In this document: piece by piece, positions 1 through 9,858 of the stretch
Layout: every line of letters begins with the position of its first letter
How positions within the stretch are numbered: position 1 is the first letter of the stretch
NCBI GenBank assembly: GCA_964397055.1
Contig: CAYNIS010000001.1
Location: 1-39,161 of the forward strand
DNA: 39,161 bases
Direction of reading: 5' to 3'
DNA from: an uncultured Rhodospirillaceae bacterium
GTDB taxonomy: Bacteria; Pseudomonadota; Alphaproteobacteria; CAYNIS01
The notes under the pieces: model-generated
Told to the model about the DNA's origin: nothing
The model's input: the letters and a program-made list of their open reading frames with translations, nothing else
Databases searched by the model: none
Made by a program: the position numbers and the translations under genes

Positions 1-1
1 G

Positions 2-370
2 CTCCACATGCGGAGACTTGCGCTTGGCTGCGAACGCCTGTTGCTGCCGATGCCGGCAGAGAACCTGCTGGAGCGCGACCTCGAACGGGCGCTCGCGCGA
101 ACGGCAACGAACACGACTTTTTGCACCGCGAAGATCGTGCTGACGGCTGGTACCGGGCAGCGTGGCTACCGGCGTCCGGAAGCACCGGCGCCGACGATCC
201 AGATGGCGGTGTTCGACGGCCAGCCGGCCAGTTCGGTCAGGATCGCCGTTTCTTCCTCACCCGCTGCCGGGCTGGGGCCGCCGCGGCGCGCGCGCATGAC
301 CCGGACCCACCGGCCCTCGCCGAGGATCAGGACCGCCGCGACGACATCCGGTGCGGTTTCCATCTGGTGA
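2..370 (+). pseudogene. Class IV aminotransferase / aminodeoxychorismate-lyase-like fragment; 5' end is off-window and family resemblance is lost after about nt 230
   Basis: The frame reads ...HMRRLALGCERLLLPMP...AKIVLTAGTGQRGYRRPEAPAPTIQMAVFD. This resembles the HxxRL ... RGxGxRGY segment of PabC/IlvE-fold enzymes. The rest of the ORF is AGG-rich, has no catalytic-Lys region, and overlaps the well-coded 3' end of minus gene 166..633. Confidence 0.3.
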
Positions 371-633
371 GCGGCAAAGGCTAGGAACTGATCGCTGGCC
401 TGGGTGACGCTGACCTGCCCGCGGCGCAAGGCGACGGTCGCCGGCCCCAGCCCGCTGGCCGGCGCGAAATGCCGCGAGAGATCCTCGGCCACGACCCCGG
501 AGAGCCGGGTAAGCTCGGCCGATGCCTCGGTCACCAGGACCTCGCTCTCAACCCGGTAGATCCACCAGGAAACGCCACCGCCGGCGGCGGTCAGAAGGCT
601 GAGCAGGAGGATCGTTCTCAAGAACCGCAGCAT
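166..633 (-). CDS. Hypothetical membrane-anchored protein (single N-terminal hydrophobic segment)
   Basis: 155-aa ORF with N-terminus MLRFLRTILLLSLLTAAGGGVSWWIY. Hand-read codons over 199-340 are almost all G/C-ending (ctg, atc, gcg, cgc, ggc). It is co-oriented with 676..1827, 42 nt downstream of it. Confidence 0.55.
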   Translation of the reverse strand: MLRFLRTILLLSLLTAAGGGVSWWIYRVESEVLVTEASAELTRLSGVVAEDLSRHFAPASGLGPATVALRRGQVSVTQASDQFLAFAAHQMETAPDVVAAVLILGEGRWVRVMRARRGGPSPAAGEEETAILTELAGWPSNTAIWIVGAGASGRR

Positions 634-675
634 GCGTGTCGGGTCCCCGGGGGCATGTCCGATCAGCGAAGACTG

Positions 676-1827
676 TCAGTAGAGGAGAAGCTGATCGCCC
701 ATCCGCTCGAACTCCAGGCGCATGTCATCGCCCTGGAACGGGATGATTTCAGGCATCTGCAGCCGGATGACGGCGTCGAACAGCTCGCGGCTGGTGCGGA
801 TCATCTCCACGAGTTCCGTCGAGAGCCTCACCGTTTCCAGCGTGTTCTCCGCGACGGCGAGGTTGCGCCGGGTTTCCGCCAACGCCTCGGCCACCTGATC
901 GCGCTGCTGTTCCAGGTGATTGCGGTAGAGGCCGGCGGTTTCCAAGGTCAGGGTCTGGGTCTCGTAATTCCCCTCCAGCGTGCGCCGGCGGCCCTGATTG
1001 GTCTCATTGCGCATCAGCTCGAGCGTCTCGGTGATGTTGGTCCGGGTGTCCTGGACCAGGGTGTCGAGCCGCACCAGGAGCTCTTCCTCGATATGCTTGA
1101 TGAAGTCCACCTGGGTGCGCTCGGCAATCCGGATCAGGATGACGCTCATGCCGTAGTAGCGCCGGGTCGCCGCGGTGTCGTTCTCGGCCGCCTCCATCAG
1201 CTCGCCGAGCAGGGTCAGCACTTCCCCGATCGAGCTGTAGACGATGGTCATTTCGATGATGTCGTCGCCGACTGCGGAGACCGAGAGCGTGTCCATCTGC
1301 GCTTCGGTCAGCGGTATGCCGGTTTCGACCAGGAGTTTCTGGGCACGCACCCGTGCCGCTGCCGCATCCTCGTCGAGCACGGTTCGGCGGGCCTGGGCCC
1401 GGGTGATCTTGGCATCGATCTGCCCGGCACGGCTGGGCTTGAGCACGCGTTCCTCGCGCAGCCCGCCGATCTCCCGGTCGACCTTGTCGCGTTCCGCCTC
1501 GAGGGCCCGCATGCTGCGCCAGGCGGCGGTCGCCTTCGACACGCCCAGGAGCTCGACCGCCTGATAGATCAGGGTGTCGACATCGTCCTGGTTGTCGGCC
1601 CGGTCCCGCCGGAAGAAGGCACTTTCGGGCAGGTCGCGCCGTTCCTCGGCAAGTGTGTCGAGGGAGTCGAGCTTCTCGAAGATCGCTTCGATATCGGTCT
1701 CTTCGGGCTCGGCCCCGCCGAGAAAGCGCTGCCAGAAACTGTCCTGGGCGGCTGCCGGCGCCGCTACGATTAGGAGGAGGCAGGCAAGACCGGTAAAGAG
1801 GACCTTGCGCATCGTGCCTGCGGCCAT
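676..1827 (-). CDS. Exported coiled-coil protein of unknown function
   Basis: 383-aa ORF with a signal-peptide-like N-terminus (MRKVLFTGLACLLLIVAAPAAAQ|D). The rest is long, charged and heptad-like. Its start lies 2 nt after the stop of the upstream MscS-like gene. Confidence 0.65.
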   Translation of the reverse strand: MAAGTMRKVLFTGLACLLLIVAAPAAAQDSFWQRFLGGAEPEETDIEAIFEKLDSLDTLAEERRDLPESAFFRRDRADNQDDVDTLIYQAVELLGVSKATAAWRSMRALEAERDKVDREIGGLREERVLKPSRAGQIDAKITRAQARRTVLDEDAAAARVRAQKLLVETGIPLTEAQMDTLSVSAVGDDIIEMTIVYSSIGEVLTLLGELMEAAENDTAATRRYYGMSVILIRIAERTQVDFIKHIEEELLVRLDTLVQDTRTNITETLELMRNETNQGRRRTLEGNYETQTLTLETAGLYRNHLEQQRDQVAEALAETRRNLAVAENTLETVRLSTELVEMIRTSRELFDAVIRLQMPEIIPFQGDDMRLEFERMGDQLLLY

Positions 1828-1829
1828 GG

Positions 1830-3488
1830 TCAGCTTCCCTCCGACGCCCTCTGCGGTGCCGCTTCCGTCTGTTCCGCCCTACCTTCATGCACCACCAATT
1901 GTGGCGGCACACGGGTCGGGTCGCTGTCGGCGATCAGGCCTTCCCCACCCGGTGGCGGCAGCTGTGGCCGGTCGGCATCGATGCCGCCCTGGCTTGGCTG
2001 GGAGAAAACCGTCTTCAGGATATCCATGAAGTAGTTGACGAGGCCTTCCTTGTGATCGTGCGGCAGTTCGGAAATGCGCGCGCGGTTGGCCTCGTGCTCC
2101 AGGCGGCGCTCGGCCAGGAGTTCGGCCAGCCGCTCGTAGAGGACCGGGCGTTCCTGCAGCATCGGAGCCAAGTGCTCGCGGCTGAGTTCGAACACCACGA
2201 GTTCGGTTGCCGCGGTCACCGTCGCGCGCCGCGGCTCGCCGGTCAGGAACGACATCTCGCCGAAGATCTCGCCCGGGCGGAAGCGCGCCACCCGGCGGTC
2301 GCCGACCCCCGCCACATGGATGTTCACGTAAGCCAGGCCCTGGGCCACCAGGAACAGGCTCGACCCGGTCGCCCCTTCCTCGACGATCGGTTCGCCGACC
2401 TGGGCGATGCGCATGATCGCCCCGTTGGCGAGGCGCTCGCACTCGTCGTTGGTCAGCGGGGCGAACAGTTCGGACGACCGGATCATCGCCTTGGCGGAGG
2501 CGACGCGGCCGATATCGGCTTCCTGAAGCGGGCCCTTGATGTCCGCGCCCGACGGCTCCAGGCCGGCCATCGCCATGTGGTGCCAGACCCGCTCCGACAA
2601 CTCGTCGCGCAACTGGCCCTCGCGCTGGGGATTCCGGGTCCAGATCGTCACCTGGTAGTTGATCGAGCCCTTGTCGACCTGATGGATGCGGATGCGCGGT
2701 TCCGGCGTGTCGGTTTCGATCTCGCAGTCGAGGGCGGCGGCGCGCAGCAGGAGCTTGGCACGGTTCGGCGGCACCCGGCCGGAGATCGAGAAGGTCAGCT
2801 GAACCGGGAAGAACTGGCCGTCCTGAGCGAGGAAGGTGATCGACAGGTTGGCAAGGGTCGCATTGGGCACCACCAGCGTCATGCCGTCCCGGCTGACCAG
2901 ACGGGTCGCGCGCCAGTAGACCTGATCGACGCGGCCCCAGATCGGCGGCCGGCCCATCAGCCCGTATTGCAGCCAGGTGCCCGGCTTGATGTTGTTTTCG
3001 AGATTGAGGATCGAGCCCGCGAAGAAGTCGCGCAGCGGCGCCTGCAGCACCATGCCGAGGACCACGGCGATGACACCGGATGTCGCGAGAATGCCGGTGA
3101 CCGGAAGCTGGAGCACATCGGACGCGACGAACAGCGCGACCAGCGCGTAGACGAGCATGGCGAGTGCATCGGCGACGATACCGCGCCCGGGCTTGCCGGC
3201 ACTGATCGCCCACAGGTCCGCGATCGCGCGGATGCCGATCCCGATGACCCAGCCGACGGACGCCCACCAGAAGGTGTGAACGCCGATCAGAAGCCGCTGG
3301 TAGAAGGGGACCGTCGGGTCCTGGAGGGCGACGTACCAGTCGACCAGCAGGGTCAGCCCGGTGATCGCCACGAACACCGGGACCGCCATCGTCGCCAGGC
3401 GCTGCAGCGGCGGGTTGATGCGCCTGCCGAGCACGGCGATCGGCACGCTCGCCACGATCAGCACAATCCCGAGGGTCAAGTCATCCAC
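1830..3488 (-). CDS. MscS-family mechanosensitive channel fused to a C-terminal cyclic-nucleotide-binding domain
   Basis: 552 aa. Several N-terminal TM helices are followed by an MscS-like beta domain (GTWLQYG...GRVDQVYWRATRLVSRDGMTLVVPNATL). A cNMP-binding signature follows (FRPGEIFGEMSFLTGEPRRATVTAATELVVFEL). Confidence 0.8.
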   Translation of the reverse strand: MDDLTLGIVLIVASVPIAVLGRRINPPLQRLATMAVPVFVAITGLTLLVDWYVALQDPTVPFYQRLLIGVHTFWWASVGWVIGIGIRAIADLWAISAGKPGRGIVADALAMLVYALVALFVASDVLQLPVTGILATSGVIAVVLGMVLQAPLRDFFAGSILNLENNIKPGTWLQYGLMGRPPIWGRVDQVYWRATRLVSRDGMTLVVPNATLANLSITFLAQDGQFFPVQLTFSISGRVPPNRAKLLLRAAALDCEIETDTPEPRIRIHQVDKGSINYQVTIWTRNPQREGQLRDELSERVWHHMAMAGLEPSGADIKGPLQEADIGRVASAKAMIRSSELFAPLTNDECERLANGAIMRIAQVGEPIVEEGATGSSLFLVAQGLAYVNIHVAGVGDRRVARFRPGEIFGEMSFLTGEPRRATVTAATELVVFELSREHLAPMLQERPVLYERLAELLAERRLEHEANRARISELPHDHKEGLVNYFMDILKTVFSQPSQGGIDADRPQLPPPGGEGLIADSDPTRVPPQLVVHEGRAEQTEAAPQRASEGS

Positions 3489-3634
3489 GACGTCTCACCA
3501 TTTCAGAACGCGGTTCTTAACAACCGGCGTCGCCCCTGTTGTCGTGAGCGCGTATGCTAGCATCGCCCAGCGCAAGAGGGAAACCGGCCCCGCCCGAGGG
3601 GTCCAGTCAGCCGATTCCAGGAGTTCATGGTCCG

Positions 3635-5041
3635 ATGTCGCGTGCCGAGGCAATCGCCCGATCCACCCGCTATTTCGACGACGGCGGCTTCGTCGACGAT
3701 CTTGGCCGCCGTGTCGGCTATCGCACGGAAAGCCAGGAGCAGGGCCGCGACGACCAGATGCACGCCTATCTGACCGACGAGATCGGCCAGCAGCTGAAGC
3801 GCCTGGGCGGCGACTGGCGCCTCCTCGACAATCCGGAACCCGGTCGGCCGCCCTTCCTGATCGGCTGGCGGCACGAGGCCGACGGCATCCCGACCGTGCT
3901 CACCTACGGCCATGGCGACGTTGTGCGCGGCTATGACGACCAGTGGCGCGCCGGGGCCGGTCCGTGGCGGGTCGAAATCGACGGCGAGCGCCTCTACGGC
4001 CGCGGCACCGCGGACAACAAGGGCCAGCACCTGATCAACCTCAGGTCGCTGGAAAGTGTCTTGGAGACGCGCGGCAAGCTCGGCTTCAACCTCAAGGTCC
4101 TGATCGAGATGGGGGAGGAGACCGGCTCGCCGGGCCTCGCCGCCGTCGCCCAGGCCGAACAGGAAGCGCTGGCCGCCGACGTCCTGATCGCGTCCGATGG
4201 GCCGCGACTGGCCGCCGACAAGCCGACCCTGTTCCTCGGCGCCCGGGGCGTCACCGGCTTCGACCTCGTCTGCAACCTGCGTGACGGGGCGCACCATTCC
4301 GGCAACTGGGGCGGGCTGCTGCCCAACCCGGGAATCATTCTCGCCAATGCCATCGCGTCGATCGTCGACGGTCGTGGCGTGATCCAGGTCCCCGGGCTCA
4401 GGCCGCCGCCGGTGCCGGAGACGGTCAAGGCCGCACTCGCCCCGCTGACCGTCGGCGAGGGGGAGGACATGCCGGAGATCGATCCCGACTGGGGCGAGCC
4501 CGGCCTGACCCCGCCGGAAAGGGTGTTCGCTTGGAACAGCTTCGAGGTCCTGGCGTTCAAGACCGGCAACCCGGAACGCCCCGCCAATGCGATCCCGCCG
4601 ACCGCGTCGGCCCGCTGCCAGATCCGCTTTGTGGTCGGTTCCGACTGGGCGAACTTCACGACCCACATCCGCGACCATCTCGACAAGCACGGTTTCCCGA
4701 TGGTCGAGGTCCGCGGCACCGGCGATCCGGTGATGCACGCGACCCGGCTCGACCCCGCCGACCCCTGGGTCCGCTTCGCCGCGGCGTCGATCGTCGACAC
4801 CACCGACAAGGCGCCGGCAATCCTGCCCAACCTCGGCGGGTCGCTGCCCAACGACGTGTTCGCGTCGATCATCGGCATGCCGACGGTGTGGGTCCCGCAT
4901 TCCTACGCCGGCTGCTCCCAGCACGCCCCGGACGAGCACATCCTGATGCCGGTCGCCCGCCAGTCCCTGGAAATCATGACCGGCCTGTTCTGGGATCTCG
5001 GCGAACATGGCTGGCCGCCGGGGGCGACACACGCGCGGTGA
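3635..5041 (+). CDS. M20-family metallopeptidase (ArgE/DapE/dipeptidase-like)
   Basis: Motifs YGHGDVV and GRGTADNKGQ, and an overall length near 470 aa. The start is placed at the ATG at 3635, 11 nt after AGGAG (3619-3623), rather than at the upstream ORF-track start at 3554. Confidence 0.8.
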   Translation: MSRAEAIARSTRYFDDGGFVDDLGRRVGYRTESQEQGRDDQMHAYLTDEIGQQLKRLGGDWRLLDNPEPGRPPFLIGWRHEADGIPTVLTYGHGDVVRGYDDQWRAGAGPWRVEIDGERLYGRGTADNKGQHLINLRSLESVLETRGKLGFNLKVLIEMGEETGSPGLAAVAQAEQEALAADVLIASDGPRLAADKPTLFLGARGVTGFDLVCNLRDGAHHSGNWGGLLPNPGIILANAIASIVDGRGVIQVPGLRPPPVPETVKAALAPLTVGEGEDMPEIDPDWGEPGLTPPERVFAWNSFEVLAFKTGNPERPANAIPPTASARCQIRFVVGSDWANFTTHIRDHLDKHGFPMVEVRGTGDPVMHATRLDPADPWVRFAAASIVDTTDKAPAILPNLGGSLPNDVFASIIGMPTVWVPHSYAGCSQHAPDEHILMPVARQSLEIMTGLFWDLGEHGWPPGATHAR

Positions 5042-5067
5042 CGGAAACCGACGAGAGCCGGTCCGTG

Positions 5068-8000
5068 TCACGCATGAGCGGACGCCGGGTCGCCGTGCGG
5101 GGTGTCGCCATCGGTGAGCGAGGTGAGCTCGAAGTCGTGAAGGATCGCGAACGCGCAGGGCACCAGGATCAGGACCAGGAAGGTCGAGGACGCGATCCCG
5201 AAGGCCAGTGAGGTTACCAGCGGCACCAGGACCTGGGCCTGCAACGATTGTTCGAACATCAGCGGCGCGATCCCGGCGATCGTGGTCAGGGAGGTCAGCA
5301 GCACGGCGCGGAACCGGTCGCGGCTGGCCTGGCGTGCCGCCGCGTCGATCTCCATCCCCTCGCCGGCGCGGATCTTGAGGAAGGTGACGAGCAGGATCGA
5401 GTCGTTGACCACGACGCCGGAGAGAGAGACGAAGCCCAGCATCGACGGCATCGAAAGATCGAGCCCCATGATCAGGTGGCCCCAGATCACGCCGATGAAG
5501 GCGGCGGGGATCGACACCATCACGATGATCGGCTCGACATAGCTGCGGAACTGGAAGCTCAACAGCAGGAAGATGCCGATGATGCCCAGGCCGAAGCCCT
5601 GCACCATGCTGGCAAAGGTCGTTGCCTGCTCGGCCGACTCCCCCTCCAGGCCGAAGCGCACGGCCGGATAGCGGGACTGCAGCTCCGGCAGTGCTATGCG
5701 CGTCACATCGCCCAGGATCTCGTTGGTGTTGGCGATCGCCGTGTCGACGTCGCCGGAGATGGTGACCGCCCGTTCGCCGTCGATGCGGGTCAACTGGGAG
5801 AAGCCGCGTGCGGTCTCGATCGACGCAACGGACGCAAGTGGCACCATCGACCCGTCGGCGAGGCTGATGGTGAAGCGGTCGAGATCGCCCAGGTCCTGAT
5901 CGTCCCCGGACAGCTGGACGTCGATCTCGAAGCTCTCGGTGCCGTCCTGGATTTCGGACGCGGTGTCGCCGAAAAACGCGGCCCGGAGTTGGCGGGCGAC
6001 CTGATTGCCGTCGAGACCGAGAGCGAGTGCCCCGTCCTCGAGACGGACACGGATTTCCTGCTTGCCGGGGCGCAGGTCGTCCCGCAGGTCGACGACGCCG
6101 GCATACCGGCCGAAGGCCGCCAGGAGCTCCGTGGACGCGGCCTTCAGCTCACCCAGGTCGTCGCCGGTCAGGCGGATCTCGATGGCCTGACCGGCGGGGC
6201 CCAGGGCGGGTTCCTTGAACGCCAATGACTGGGCGTCGGAGATGACGCCTGTTTCCGTCCGCCAGAGGTTGAGGACGTCATCGACGCGGGCGTTGCGTTC
6301 CTCCGCGGGCAGAAGATCGACGCTGACGGTCGCCAAGTGGGCACCGCTTTCGCCGGCATCCTGGTTGACGCCGTATTGCACGAATACGTTTTCCACCAAC
6401 CGTCGGCCGCCTGGCTGATCGGGCGTGAAGGCATCGTCGACGCGCTTCAGCGCTTCCGTGATCCGGGTCACCGACGCCTCCGTGCGCTCGAAGGGGGTGC
6501 CCGCCGGCAGTATGATGCGGGCCTGGACGACATCGCCGTCGAGATCGGGAAACGCCTGGAACTTCAGGACCCCGCCGATCACCATGGCGACCGACAAGAG
6601 GAACACCATCACCGTGGCGCCGACGGTCAGATAGCGTTGACCGACGGCCGCATCGACGAAGCGGCCCAGCCGCTCCTCCCGCTGGCGTTCGAACCAGTGT
6701 TCGAAGCGCTGTCGCCAGCTGCCTTCGGCCGGCGCTTCTCCGCCGCCATGGCTCAAATGGTTGGGCAGGATCAGGAAGGCCTCGATCAGGCTGACCGCCA
6801 GGGTGATGATCAGGACCACCGGCACGACCTGGAGGACCCGGCCGATGTCGCCCTCCAGGAACGCCAGCGGGCCGAACACGCAGACCGACGTGGCGAAGGA
6901 GGAGAAGACCCCGGGCAGAACCTCGGTCGTGCCGTCGACCGCAGCCTTCAGCGCAGGTTTTCCGCGTTGCCGATGGGCGCCGATGTTCTCCGTGATGACG
7001 ATCGCGTCGTCCATCATCAGGCCGATCGCGATCAGGAGGCCGACCATCGTCAGCATGTTGATCGAGTAGTCGATCGCCAGAAGGATGAAGAGCGAGCCGA
7101 GGAACGAGGCCGGCAGCCCCATGGTCACCCAGAAGGCATCGCGCAGGGAGAAGAACAGCCAGAGGACGGCGAAGGCGAGCAGCAGCCCCTGCCAGGCGTT
7201 CCGCAACAGCATGGTCAGGCGGTCCTCGACCACCGCCGCCATGTCGTTGGTGAGAGCGAGCCGGATGGAGGACGGCGCCCGCTCCCGCTCTGCCTCCAGG
7301 AACCGGTGCACGCCCGCGCGCACGATCAGGGTGTCCTCGCCATCGGCCTTGTCGACGGTGATCAGGGCCGCCCGCTCGCCGTTGAAGCGGACCCGCTCCT
7401 CCTCGACCTCGAACGTGTCGGTGATCGTTGCGATCTCGCCCAGGCGCAGCGGGGCGCCGGTGGCGCCACCCAGGATCGCGAGATCCTCGTAGGCGGCCAC
7501 ACCCATCCGCTCGCCGGCATAGCGGATCGTGATGTCACGGTCGCCGGTTTCGATCACCCCGCCGGGGATGTCGACATTCTGGCTGGAGACCAGCTGGGCG
7601 ACCCGATCGACGTCCAGCCGGTAGCGGCGCAAGGCCGCGGCATCGAGCGCGATGCGGATCTGACGGTCGGAAAAACCGTTGAGCGTGGCCTGGGAGATCT
7701 CCGGCAGACGCAAGAGGCGGGTGCGGAAGTCCTCGGCATAGACCTTGAGGTCGGTTGCCGGCATCGGCCCGTTGATCGCGATCGAGATGACCTGGCTCAT
7801 CGGCTCCATCGACCGGACCGTCACCTCCTCGACGAGGTCCGGGAAATCCGTGATCGCCTCGACCTCGGTCCTGACCTCCGACGTCGAGGCCTGGAGGTCG
7901 GCGCCGGAGACCAGGTCGATCGTGGTGACCGCAATCCCCTCCCGCGCGATGCAGGTGATCTCGGAAAAGTCGGAGAGGCCGTCGATCGCATCCTCGATCC

Positions 8001-8190
8001 TCGTGCAGATCGCCTCCTCGACCTTTTCCGGGGATGCGCCCGGGTAGACGATGCTCACCTGGACCTTGTCCGTGGAGAATTCCGGGAACGTCGCCCGCTC
8101 CAGGCTCGGTGCCGCCATCAGTCCGATCGCGAAGAAGAACAGGAGCAGGAGGTTGGCTGCCGTCGGATGGCTGGCGAAGTAGCCGATCAT
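5068..8190 (-). CDS. RND-family efflux transporter permease (AcrB/AcrD/AcrF superfamily)
   Basis: 1040 aa with the typical 12-TM / two-large-periplasmic-loop layout. The N-terminus is IGYFASHPTAANLLLLFFFAIGL and it carries the DDAIVITENI motif. The start overlaps the adaptor stop (ATGA at 8187-8190). Confidence 0.9.
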   Translation of the reverse strand: MIGYFASHPTAANLLLLFFFAIGLMAAPSLERATFPEFSTDKVQVSIVYPGASPEKVEEAICTRIEDAIDGLSDFSEITCIAREGIAVTTIDLVSGADLQASTSEVRTEVEAITDFPDLVEEVTVRSMEPMSQVISIAINGPMPATDLKVYAEDFRTRLLRLPEISQATLNGFSDRQIRIALDAAALRRYRLDVDRVAQLVSSQNVDIPGGVIETGDRDITIRYAGERMGVAAYEDLAILGGATGAPLRLGEIATITDTFEVEEERVRFNGERAALITVDKADGEDTLIVRAGVHRFLEAERERAPSSIRLALTNDMAAVVEDRLTMLLRNAWQGLLLAFAVLWLFFSLRDAFWVTMGLPASFLGSLFILLAIDYSINMLTMVGLLIAIGLMMDDAIVITENIGAHRQRGKPALKAAVDGTTEVLPGVFSSFATSVCVFGPLAFLEGDIGRVLQVVPVVLIITLAVSLIEAFLILPNHLSHGGGEAPAEGSWRQRFEHWFERQREERLGRFVDAAVGQRYLTVGATVMVFLLSVAMVIGGVLKFQAFPDLDGDVVQARIILPAGTPFERTEASVTRITEALKRVDDAFTPDQPGGRRLVENVFVQYGVNQDAGESGAHLATVSVDLLPAEERNARVDDVLNLWRTETGVISDAQSLAFKEPALGPAGQAIEIRLTGDDLGELKAASTELLAAFGRYAGVVDLRDDLRPGKQEIRVRLEDGALALGLDGNQVARQLRAAFFGDTASEIQDGTESFEIDVQLSGDDQDLGDLDRFTISLADGSMVPLASVASIETARGFSQLTRIDGERAVTISGDVDTAIANTNEILGDVTRIALPELQSRYPAVRFGLEGESAEQATTFASMVQGFGLGIIGIFLLLSFQFRSYVEPIIVMVSIPAAFIGVIWGHLIMGLDLSMPSMLGFVSLSGVVVNDSILLVTFLKIRAGEGMEIDAAARQASRDRFRAVLLTSLTTIAGIAPLMFEQSLQAQVLVPLVTSLAFGIASSTFLVLILVPCAFAILHDFELTSLTDGDTPHGDPASAHA

Positions 8191-9710
8191 GGCCGTACCC
8201 CGTCGCCGGCCGCCGCGGCCATCGACTGTTCCAGCAGCGTGTCGGTCTCCGGTTCCAGCAACATGCCGTCGATCGCCGGCACCAGGTCGGACACGATCAC
8301 CCGGTTGCCGGCTTCGACGGTTCCCGTGACCACGGCGAAGTCGTCCTGGCTGAGCAGCACGGCGACCTCCCGTCGTTCCAGCCGATCCTCGCCATTTGCC
8401 ACGTAGAGCCAGTCGCGACCGTCCTCGCTGCGGTGGAGCGCGGCCCGCGGGACCACAAGCTGGCCTTCGATCGCGTTGCCGCGGACCTCGACCTCGACGA
8501 ACAGGTTCTTGACCAAAGGCGGGCGCTGGCCGGGTACGACTTGCGTGTAGGGCTCGTCGACCGCCACGACCATGCCGATCGTGCGCGTTTCCGGATCGAC
8601 CTGTTCGGTCACGCGGTCGACGCGCGCGTCCCAGCGGACGACGCGGCCTGATAGTCGGTACTGTATCTCCGCGGAGAGTCCGAGCCGTTCGATCATGCGG
8701 TCAGGGTTGCGGGTGCCCGGCTGGCCCTGGGCCGGGCCGCCATGGGCGCGATTGAGAAGGTCGAGAAACGGCCCGAAGTCCGACGCCGAGAGCTGCGTCG
8801 TCACCTCCGCCACGTCGATGCCGTCGATCTGGCCCAGCTGGTCGCCGATCCGCACATAGCGGCCGACCTCGACCCCGGCGGCGGCGACCCGCCCGTCGAA
8901 GGGGGCGCGGATTTCCGTGCGCTGCCGATCCACGCGGGCCTGTTCCAGGCGGGCCTCGGCCTGTGCGCGGTTGGCGACCAAGACGGCGCGCTGGGCCGGC
9001 AGCAGGCGTGCTTGGTTCTCCAGGTCCTGGACCCGTTGACGCTGCCCCAGCGTTGCGGTTTCCGCGGCGTCGACGGCGACTTCGCTGACCGTTCCCCGGG
9101 ACCGCAAGTCGCGCTGGCGTTCGAGGTCGCTTTCGGAAAGGGCGAGGGCGCGCGCCTCGATCTCGGTCTGCACGGCCAGGTTCTCCTCCTGGACGTCCAG
9201 CTCGTCGAGCTGGGCATCAAGGGCGGTCAGTTCCGCCTCGATCTGGGCAATCGCGAGGTCGTAGTCGGTCGGGTCGATGACCAGCAGGGTCTGGCCTCGC
9301 TCGACCCGGCGGCCGCGTTCGAACAGCGGCTCGCGGTCGACCACCGTGCCGGCGACCTGGGCGACCGCGTCCCAGATCCGCCCCGGCTCGACAAAGCCGT
9401 AGCCGGTGATGCGCGGCGTCACCGTCGTCGGCGCCAGGGTGATCGTCCGCACAGGGGTCGCCTGCTCGACGGCGGGGGCCTTCACCGCCGCCGGCCGGTT
9501 GAGTGCCAGGGCGGCGATCACCGCGATCCCGATCAGGATCGGCGGCAGCGCCAGCCACTTTCTCGGCCGCTTCCCGGGCTCGGCCGATCCGGAGGGCGCC
9601 GCGCCCGGTCCGCCCTGCCGTTCGCTCTCCGCGCCCCCCTGCCCGGTCGTGTGGCGCGCCCCATCGTCCGAGCTTGCCGCGTCCGCCGTGCCCTGGTTCA
9701 TCTGATGCAC
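8187..9710 (-). CDS. Efflux RND periplasmic adaptor (HlyD/MFP family)
   Basis: The TM anchor (WLALPPILIGIAVIAALAL) is followed by lipoyl/coiled-coil hairpin and beta-barrel regions typical of membrane fusion proteins. It is translationally coupled to the RND gene. The exact start (9710 or 9701) is uncertain. Confidence 0.85.
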   Translation of the reverse strand: MHQMNQGTADAASSDDGARHTTGQGGAESERQGGPGAAPSGSAEPGKRPRKWLALPPILIGIAVIAALALNRPAAVKAPAVEQATPVRTITLAPTTVTPRITGYGFVEPGRIWDAVAQVAGTVVDREPLFERGRRVERGQTLLVIDPTDYDLAIAQIEAELTALDAQLDELDVQEENLAVQTEIEARALALSESDLERQRDLRSRGTVSEVAVDAAETATLGQRQRVQDLENQARLLPAQRAVLVANRAQAEARLEQARVDRQRTEIRAPFDGRVAAAGVEVGRYVRIGDQLGQIDGIDVAEVTTQLSASDFGPFLDLLNRAHGGPAQGQPGTRNPDRMIERLGLSAEIQYRLSGRVVRWDARVDRVTEQVDPETRTIGMVVAVDEPYTQVVPGQRPPLVKNLFVEVEVRGNAIEGQLVVPRAALHRSEDGRDWLYVANGEDRLERREVAVLLSQDDFAVVTGTVEAGNRVIVSDLVPAIDGMLLEPETDTLLEQSMAAAAGDGVRP

Positions 9711-9799
9711 CCCTGCCGGTCCCCCGATGGCTTCGTGTCAGAATGGACCAATCGCCCCCGGTCCGTCGCCGGATTAGAGCATCGCGGCGCAAAAGCGAA

Positions 9800-9827
9800 C
9801 GGGCCGTCCGCATCTGCGAACGGCCCG
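9800..9827 (-). terminator. Candidate intrinsic terminator downstream of the Tudor-like gene
   Basis: 8-bp stem cgggccgt (9800-9807) / acggcccg (9820-9827) with a 12-nt loop. On the minus strand it is followed by TTCGCTTTT. Confidence 0.4.
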
Positions 9828-9858
9828 CCGTAGGGCACTTGTCGATTGCAGGGTGTCG

